Origin: Vicugna vicugna
Lineage: Eukaryota
Direction: 5' to 3'
DNA length: 64,000 nucleotides
Assembly (NCBI GenBank): GCA_013265495.1
Contig: MU061049.1
Location: 868,001-932,000 of the forward strand
The notes under the pieces are model-generated. The model did not search any database. It was not told the origin of the DNA and saw nothing but the letters and a program-made list of their open reading frames with translations. The position numbers were made by a program, and so were the translations under genes. Shown here one piece after another: positions 11,801 through 64,000 of this stretch. Position 1 is the stretch's first letter. Every line of letters begins with the position of its first letter.

Positions 11801-11995
11801 TACACGCAGCAGAGAGAAAAAAGCCCAGGGAACACAGTGCTGTTGCCTCGGGCTTCCGGGCCCGCGCTGGTCTGCCCCGCCCGCTCTCAGCGTCACCTTC
11901 CCACGTGTGTGCTCTGTGCTCTTACCTGGTTCGGGCATACTTGGGGGAGGAACAGACAAGACGCGCCAGCTGCATCCTCCTGGAAGCAAAGTCCC
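8830..11995 (-). mobile_element. Ancient L1M (L1MC/L1MD-like) ORF2/ORF1/5' fragments
   Basis: T-rich antisense L1 sequence and an old 5'-end motif (aaaaagcccagggaacac...ctggaagcaaagtccc); probably the same element as 7050-8162. Confidence 0.65.
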
Positions 11996-12559
11996 TGATG
12001 GCTCGTTTCCTGGTTTTTCTTTTGAAAATGAACTTTCTTAGAGGGGCCAAGTGTGCCGGTGCGGAGGGGCTCCGGGAGACCACCAGGGAGCAGAGATCTG
12101 GGGCTGTGGGCAGGACTCATGTCCAGTCTGGCCCACAGGCAAGGGAGACCACCCTGGACCCCTGCCCCCAGCGGCCTGAGGACCGGGAGGGACATTCCTG
12201 CGAGCAGCGCTGGTGGGCGGCCTCACTGGTCGGGGTGGACGTGGCTCTGTGCAGGCCGTGGGGCCCCGGCCAGGCGACCTGGGCTGCCTGTCCTCCACCA
12301 GACTGCACTGTGCAGGACGTGCCTGCCTGCGCGGGTGTCCGGGAGGACTTGGCCCCAGAGCAGAGCACACGTTGCTGTCAACAAATTGATCACAGTGCCC
12401 TGGGGCAGATCGCAGAGCACTGGGTGTGCGGACTGCTGAGTGAGGGGACGGGCTGGGCCTGCTCCCGCCCCCGTGACCCCCGGCGCCCAGCCTTGTGTCC
12501 CCGCGGCCATTGAGTGGGGTCTGGTGTGTCCCGCCCTCACTTTGCCCTCTCTGTTCCAG

Positions 12560-12829
12560 TTTCTCGTCTACTTCATGTACTTCCTGGTGCTCTTTGTCGC
12601 CTACTTCTTCGCGGCCGTGCTGGTGGGGCTGCAGCACCTCCGACGGGGCAGCCACCAGCCCCTGCCGCCAGCCCAGGAACTGAGGAGCCCCGTGCAGGAG
12701 AAGGCCGTGCAGGACGGGGCCCTGGGCAGCCTGCAGCCCGGAGCCCGGCCCCTGGCCCCGGAGGATGGCTTGGAGGCCGTGGGGCCGGTCTCCCCAGAGC
12801 AGAGCCAGCAGCCCGAGGCCAAGGCCTGA
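12560..12829 (+). CDS. SLC19A1: SLC19A1 last coding exon (FLVYFMYFLVLFVAYFF...QPEAKA*)
   Basis: Polypyrimidine tract + ccag acceptor, TM12, hydrophilic C-tail, TGA at 12827-12829. Confidence 0.93.
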   Translation, partial: FLVYFMYFLVLFVAYFFAAVLVGLQHLRRGSHQPLPPAQELRSPVQEKAVQDGALGSLQPGARPLAPEDGLEAVGPVSPEQSQQPEAKA

Positions 12830-14687
12830 CCCTCACCCACCTGAGCTGCTCTCCTGGCCCGCCCGGGCCGCCAGGTTCCTGACGCCAGAGGCAGCCCGAG
12901 CTTGGGGTCTTGACCTCTCAGCCAACACGTGCCTGCAGCCGGGTTTTCGTCACCGTCCAAATTCCAGTGTTGAGATGGTGGAGCCAGTGACTGGCGGGCC
13001 CCAAGTGGTCTGTCCCCGTGGCCCCCACCTCGAGGGCCACCCACCTCAGCGGGGAGCCCTTGGCTGGTCCCGTGGCAGCCCGAGCCTGGCACCCCTCAGC
13101 CCTGGCTCTCACCCTGGCCGTGGCCCACCCGCGGCCAGGGATACTCGGCCAGCTGCCTGGCCACCACGGGCTAGTTTGCTGTCTCTGCCTACACGCAGCC
13201 AGTAGTGGGGCTTCACGTGCCCACCAGGCCTCCCCGCCTTGGGAGGCAGGTCCCACTTGTCCTCAGGAGCAGGCAAGGTGGTCCCAGAAGCCAGCCTGGG
13301 GCCCTAGCCCCCCACAGGGTGTCCTGGACCCCGCAGGCAGGGGGAGAGCCCTGTTCCTGGGCTCATGGCTAAACTGAGATGTTTCTAGTCGTCCAGGTGC
13401 TTGCAGTTTAGATGATTCTCTGTTCCTTTTTTAAAAAACCTTGTATGAGAACCCTCGTTTGGAGTGTTTCTCGGGGAGAAGCCAACATGGCGGGTGGCGG
13501 TGTCTCCCGTTGGTGGAAAGCAGCCCAGGCTCCTTGGTCCCGCTCTTCCCCTCAGGCCCCCTGTCCCTCCTTCGCACCTGACGTGGGCTGACATGATCTG
13601 CCTCAGACGCCCAGAGGGGCCTGGCCGGTGCCAATGGGCACTGCCACGGGGCCTGGAGCCAGCCTTGCTTCCTGAGATGCAACGCAGCCTGCTTGTCCCC
13701 AGATGCGTCATTCGGGCTCCTGACTCCATGTGGCCCATCGGGAGGCCAGGAGAGGTCCCCGCCCCGCCCCCAGCCACAAGCAAGGACCCACACCCTGTCC
13801 TGAGCTGAGCCCTGCCTGTCCCATGACCTCAGCCCTTGTGCAGGGCAGGGTCCCCCGTACAGAACAGGTGCTGCGCCAAGTTCAGAGCAGGACCCTGGGC
13901 GGAGGAGGGGCTGCCGGACCGGGGTCCTCTGGGGTCGCCTTAGGCGAGGGGGGCATCTCGGACACCCGATGGGTCCGGAAGGAGGCCCAAGTCACGGCCA
14001 ACGGTGGGGGCTGCGCAGGGCAGGTGCCCCCTAGGCTTGTGCATGCAGGCTTGCACAGCCACCCCAAGGCCCTGTGGAAAGGGGCCACGTGGAGTCCAGG
14101 GTCCCAGCTCCGCACCCCTCCATGCCTGGAAAGCTGGCGGGGCTTGATGGGGAGGGGGCTCGCCTCTGGCTGCTGGCCCCAGGAGGCGGGCTCTGCTCTG
14201 TGCCCCTCCCCCTGCCCCCCCACCCCTACCCCACCAGCACCCTCCTGGCACTGGGTGGTCGGCGCCGGGTCCTCCAGCTCCACCTGCTCCCTCTACAGCC
14301 TCCCCACCACCGCCAGGGCCCCGCGCTCGGCCTCTGCCAAGCTGACGTTTCTCTTGCTTCCGAGCTCCTAGGGCATCAGTGCCCACGACCTCTTGGAGTC
14401 AGACATGTCCTGGGCCCCAGCGAGCTGCAGCAGCCGTGGGGGAAAGCGGCGCAGGGTCCGGGAGCCCAGGGTACAGACCATCTGCATGGCTCTGACAAGC
14501 CTGTGAAGACTGCTAGCCACCCCCAGGGAGACACTGAGAGAGAAGTGGCTGTGTGTAGGGCACATCCATGCACACGTGTGTACACCCATGTCTGTCTCAT
14601 GCCGCTGTACACCTGCTCACATCTGTGCGCCTCTGTGTATACCCACGTACACCAGCACACCCCGCTGTACGTCGCACATCCGTGTGC

Positions 14688-15716
14688 CAGCGCCCCTACG
14701 TAATCTGTGGGTTCTACAGCTGAGGATTCAACCAACCACAGCTTGAAAATATTTTTTAAAAATTCAAGAAAGTTTCAAAAACCAAAACTTGAATTTGCCA
14801 TGTGCTGGCCAGTAAGTACCTGGCCTTTACATTGTATTTACAACCATTTACGTAGCATTTTTATTGTATTAGGTATTGTAAGTAATCTAGAGATGATTTA
14901 AAGTGTATGAGAGGACATGGCAACAACATAAATGTCCATCTGAAATACTAAATACTAAATACTAAAAGTAGACTTACCCTATGATCCAGCAATCCCACTC
15001 CTGGGCGTATACCCAGAGGGAACCCAAATTTGAAAAGACACCTGCACCCCAGTGCTCACGGCAACACTATTTACAACAGCCAAGACATGGAAACAGCCTA
15101 AATGCCCACTGACAGCTGACTGGTGAAGTACCCGTGGTGTATGTACACAATGGAACACTACTCAGCCATGAAAAGAATGAAGTAATGCCATCTGCAGCCA
15201 CATGGATGGATCTGGAGATGATCATACTGAGTAAGTCAGAGAGACAAATACCATGGTATCACTTATGGGTGGTACAAAAAAAAAGTGATACAAATGACCT
15301 TGTTTACAAGACAGAAGCAGACTCACAGACACAGAAAACAAACTACAGTTACCAAAGGGGGAAAGGGGGAGGGATAAATTGGGAGTTGGCAGATACAAGC
15401 TACTGTGTACAGAATAAACAGGTCCTGCTGTCCAGCACAGGGAGCTGTATTCAATATCCTGTCATTAAACATAAGGGAAAAGAATCTGGAAACGAATATG
15501 CGTGTGACTGAGTCTCTTTGCTGCACATCAGAAACTAACACAACATTGTGAATCAACTAGACTTCAATTTAAAAAATTAGGAAAAAAGTATGTGGGAGGC
15601 TGTGTGTAGGTTATATGTAAATACCACACCGTTTTATATAAGGCCTTGAGCACCTGGGGTTTTGGCATCCACGGGAGTCCTGGAGTCAGTCCTCCACAGA
15701 TACTGAAGGAGAGCTG
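14688..15716. mobile_element. MER2-like Tigger MITE split in two (14688-14914 and 15585-15716) by an L1
   Basis: ggattcaaccaacc...gaaaatatt, gtattaggtattgtaagtaatctagagatgatttaaagt, then gtaggttatatgtaaatacc...cttgagcac...cagatactgaaggagagctg: MER2 hallmarks. Confidence 0.8.
14915..15584 (+). mobile_element. 5'-truncated young L1 (end of ORF2, 3' UTR, A-tail), cetartiodactyl/camelid-like
   Basis: ccctatgatccagcaatcccactcctggg, gcagccacatggatggatctggagatgatc, gggataaattgggagtt; degenerate TSD aaagt(g)tatg..gagg at a TT|AAAG site. Confidence 0.85.
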
Positions 15717-15923
15717 TTTACCTGAACACCGTGCAAATCCACACGTATCTGTGTGTACCCGAGTGCACCTGCACACCTGTGCACACCTGTGTGTACCCGA
15801 GTGCACCTGCACACCCGTACTCCTCCTGTAGGGTTGCCTGGCTGGGCTATCCGGGACAGAGGCTCCCGAGTTTTCGTGACATGAAAACTGCTTGCAAACC
15901 AAGCATCAGGGTAAACAGTCATT

Positions 15924-15929
15924 TTTATT
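15924..15929 (-). promoter_or_regulatory. COL18A1: COL18A1 distal polyadenylation signal (AATAAA)
   Basis: tttatt on +, ~1.5 kb after the stop, preceded on - by a GU-rich tract; consistent with a long 3' UTR form. Confidence 0.6.
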
Positions 15930-17241
15930 TGGAGCCTGTTTGAAAACCACACACACAGTTAACAGGACCAGCCCCTCTAGTGTAGTCACAGTGCTCAGAC
16001 AGCACAGCCTGGGCTCTGGCCACCCCACCAGCTCCCCCAGAGATGCCTACATGCACCCTAAAACGTCCCCTTCATTCTTCCCAAGAGAAGGACGACCACA
16101 AAGATTTTCCCGTCACGCTCGTACAGCAGTCGTGAGCAGGGGCCTGGGCACAAGCAGCTTTCACCCCGCCTGCACAGGGCCCACCCGCGGACGTGGCCCC
16201 ATCCTGTCCCGGGCCAGCTTTGACCCCTCCGTGCAGCCTCGCCCGTCCTGAGGCTCCGCTGGGCAGGCCCAGGGGGCTGTGAGCCATGTCCAGGCGGGGC
16301 ATGTGTGGCTGTCCCCTTTGTCTCTGAGGTTTTCTGAGCTCCGTGTCCTGCAGAGGTGAACCTGAGATGCTGGCGCCAAGCCCAACAGGGAGCGGTTTGG
16401 ACCCAGGGCTTTGGGGGTGCCCGAGTTTGGCCCAGCTGGGCCCCAGGGTGTGCTCCTGAGGAAAGCTGGGCGGGCGCTGAGCTGGGGTCCTCGCCCTGGG
16501 GGAGGAGAGCTGTGTGTGAGGTCAGGGTGGGGCACTGCCACGCCCTCATTCACGGACCCTCCAAACTCCCTCAGCACAGCCAGGGTGGGGGGTCAGGTCC
16601 TTCACTGGGTGTGGCCACAGGGGTCACCCAAGAAGCCAGCATGGAAGAGAGGCCCGCAGACAGCCCCATGTGGCAGAGCTGCCCAGGGGACACACAGGCT
16701 CTGCTCCCAGCAGTGGGGGGGGGCGCAGGGGTTGGAACCCGGGGTCAGCAGTGGGGCGTTGAACTACACGAGGCTAAGGAAAGGGGTCTGTCTTCCCTCA
16801 CACGCAGTGACTGAGCTGTTCTGCCGCTTGTCAGCTGGGGAGGGAGGGAGGGCCCCTTCTCTGCTCCTGCACAGCTCCTGAGCCTGGTGGTGAGAGGGAG
16901 GAGGGGGCTGTGGGGCAGCTCCCAGCACGTCCTCACGGCTGTTCTGCAAACAGGCCTGAGATTTGTGCGTGAGGAGGAGGGCGGGACAGGATGCCTGGGG
17001 TGGCCGAGGGCCCTGCTGGGCACCCGGGAGGCCCTGGGAATACGCCTCCCTGGGCAGTAGGTTCGAGTCGGCCTCCTGCAGAGAGAGGGCCAGGTCTGCC
17101 CCTGGTCCAATTATGGCTCCACCAGCACCGAGGCCCCCGCGTGAGCAGCCTGGCCAGCTTGGGCAGGGCCCCGGGAGGGACGGAAGAGTCTTGGCACCAG
17201 GCTGTTTTAAACTTTTTAAAAAATACACTCTTTGGCTTCCT

Positions 17242-17247
17242 TTTATT
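17242..17247 (-). promoter_or_regulatory. COL18A1: COL18A1 proximal polyadenylation signal (AATAAA)
   Basis: tttatt on +, ~180 nt after the stop, followed on - by a U-rich tract. Confidence 0.7.
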
Positions 17248-17426
17248 TCTTGAGGATTACATGAAAGGTGAACCATACAGGGAAGTGTCCCAGCCAGGTC
17301 CCTTCCCTGGGAGCGCCGGCGAGGCTCCCTGCCCGGCCAGGGGGCACCTCCATGCTCCCGGCCTGCCGCCTGGCCTCCTCGCTGGCCATCTGTCTGTCCG
17401 TCCTGTCTGCGGAGCCAACAGAGGCC

Positions 17427-61663
<44,237 letters not shown>

Positions 61664-64000
61664 CGGGCTGTGTGCACCGCAGAGCAGGAGCAGCGGGCCG
61701 CCTCTGCCGTCCGGAGGTGGGGCCAGCCCGCTCCGCCTCCCGCCCACAGGCCAGCAGGCAGCTCCCCATTCACACATCCAGATGGCTCCTCCTCTTCCCT
61801 CTCCCTCCCACGGAGGAAAGACAGACAGGAGCCTCCACCCAAGGTGCCGGGCACCCTTGAGAACCTCTCACATATCCTTAAACAGCTGCAGACCCCTGGG
61901 GCCAAGGGGCACGGACAGCATGCAGTGGGGGTCCCACCTCCCTCCGCTGGGGCTGGAGAAGGCCCTGGGCCTCGCAGACTGCCGCCGAGTCCCTGCGCAG
62001 GCGCCCGGGCACAGGGGCTCCCGGCCAGCACGCTGGTCAGCCCCCTGGGGTGAGGCAGGGGCTCCTGGGTGCTCTGAAGCTTTGAGAAAGAGCTCCCTCC
62101 TCTCCCTGCAGCCTGCAGGGCCTGGCACCAAGAGAAAGCGCCTGGCACAGCCCCGCAGGACATCTGCCCTGGGCAGGCCTGGGACCCTCAGACACTGGGT
62201 GAGCCCCCAGCACACCCCGCCCATGGCCCTCTGCACTTGGAGCCGCTCTGACTGAGAACAGCCCGGAAGCCTGGCCATGGGCCACCACTCTGTGGCCAAA
62301 CTGGAACTGAAACAGCTCGACTTGCGGCAAGTCCGTCCTTCTGTCCCAGCTGTCCCACCAAGTCTGAGAAGCTGTGCGGGCGCTCGGTCCCCGGCCCCCG
62401 GGGGCCTACTCAGAGCTGCCCAGCCCCAGCCGGCTCCTCTGCAGACGCCTGGCCTGCCCTCCCTTCATCTCACCGGAGACCACCCGCTGGCTGGGAGTGT
62501 TGGCCTCTTTTCCTGTTTCACTCCTAAAACCCGCTCGGAGGCACGGGTCCTCTGTCTCCATCGGCTAGAACCCTGCTCTCGGGCGGCCACACCAGTGTCA
62601 GAGTCCTCACCCGGGCCTCCAGGCCCACAGGGGTTTCCGACTGACTCCTGAGAACTGCTCCAAAGGCCCAGCGCACAGGAGCAGCTGGGAGCCAGCATGA
62701 AGCCAGAGTGAGATCACGGGTCTCAGCGAGACCGACGGTCCCAGACAGACGTCCTCCCCGCTGAACACACACCTCAGAGCTCGGCTCGCGGGCAGGGTCG
62801 GGGGCTGTGCGGAGGCCACAAGGTGGGGCTGGGTGAGCAGGCCCAGCCCGCAGCCCCTGGGCGCCAGCTCCCTCCAGGCGTCGCCCGGCGCCCCTCCAGG
62901 GCTCCCTGCTCCAGGGCAGCCAGGCGGGCCTGCAGCTGGACCCCTCCCGCTGGGTCCCGACTCCGCCCCTCTGTGCAACCTTGGCCAACACAACTCTTCC
63001 ATCCAAGACGCTGAAAGGATGCTGCCCTGTGGCCTTGAGCCCTGCAGGCACCTGCTTCGGGGTTTGGGGAGGAGGCCCTGGTCGTCCGGCACAGCCTTGC
63101 CTGGGATTCCCCATCTGCGTCCGCATCTGACTTTGATGGCTGCTGCCACCCTCCCCACCCAGCGCCCACCCTCAGTGCTGCCCCAGGAGCTCCCCAACCA
63201 GGAGGGGCCCCAGGCAGCCGGGGATGGGGTAGGGGTGGGCTTTCCCCACAACCCAAGGACCCCGGGGGCAGGGCCGGCTTAAGCTCCGTCCCACCCTGAC
63301 CACCCAGCAGCCCGTCTGTGATGCAGGGCTCCCACACCCGCCGGGCCGGGTGCCACGCCTTCCTCGTAGGCCCGCGCACCACGGGGCTGGCAGCACTTCT
63401 GGTAAGGAAGCCACGGCCGGGGGTCCAAGCTCCAGGTCAGAGCCCAGGAGAGGCGTCCACGCTTGTCCAGCACTTGCTTGTACAAACACCCGTGCCCACG
63501 CGATCACACGCTCACAGAGCCTCTACCTCCACGTTCCCCGCCAGACCCCACGTGTGCCCCACATGCCAGCTGTCCACTCCCCACAACCTGCCTTCTCCAG
63601 GCTGCGGCCGGGGGTCTCAGCTGCCCCTCCCCAGGGCTGGTCCGGGCAGTGAGGGCAGGTCAAGTGAGACAGCCCTGAGGACATGCCCCCCAGCTCAGGA
63701 CACCGAGGGTGCCACTGATGAGTCATCCAACGGGCAAGGCTTGGCTGTCTGGGATCAGAACTCATGTCTCAGGACAGCTGAACACTGTGTCCCCTTCTCA
63801 AGAGAAAGGCAGGGGGCACCCCATGTGCCAACATCTGCGTCTCAGCGAGGACTTTCCCTGTCATCAATCCTCCGATCCCAGAATTCTTGGAAACGCCCAG
63901 AAAACAGTCTCTGCTATTCATTGCCGCTAATGTGATGTTATGCCTCAAAGTCTCCGGAAAATCTCAGGACAGAAGTTCCAAAGGTCCCCGAGGGCCCCGG

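Overview
GC-rich mammalian genomic DNA, orthologous to distal human 21q22.3. A young L1 3' end looks cetartiodactyl, tentatively camelid. Two genes converge tail-to-tail. On + is the 3' part of SLC19A1 (reduced folate carrier); its ATG exon lies upstream of the window. On - is COL18A1 (collagen XVIII/endostatin), from the frizzled/DUF959 exon to the stop. I traced 41 COL18A1 coding exons with GT-AG boundaries and continuous phase, giving about 1760 aa (long isoform) and about 1511 aa (medium isoform); the short-isoform exons 1-2 are outside the window. The main anomaly is in SLC19A1: exons 3 and 4 are directly fused, the intron is absent, and two conserved TM8 leucines are lost at the junction. 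This is either a real imprecise intron loss or an assembly collapse. Other observations: strong AT-to-GC drift in L1 fossils and the TSPN exon, a nested minisatellite/MER2/L1 insertion between the two 3' ends, two short intronic duplications, and a 104-N gap beside a G-rich VNTR. Most long ORFs in the track are GC-rich artefacts. Human and mouse comparisons come from recall of canonical sequences, not from a search.
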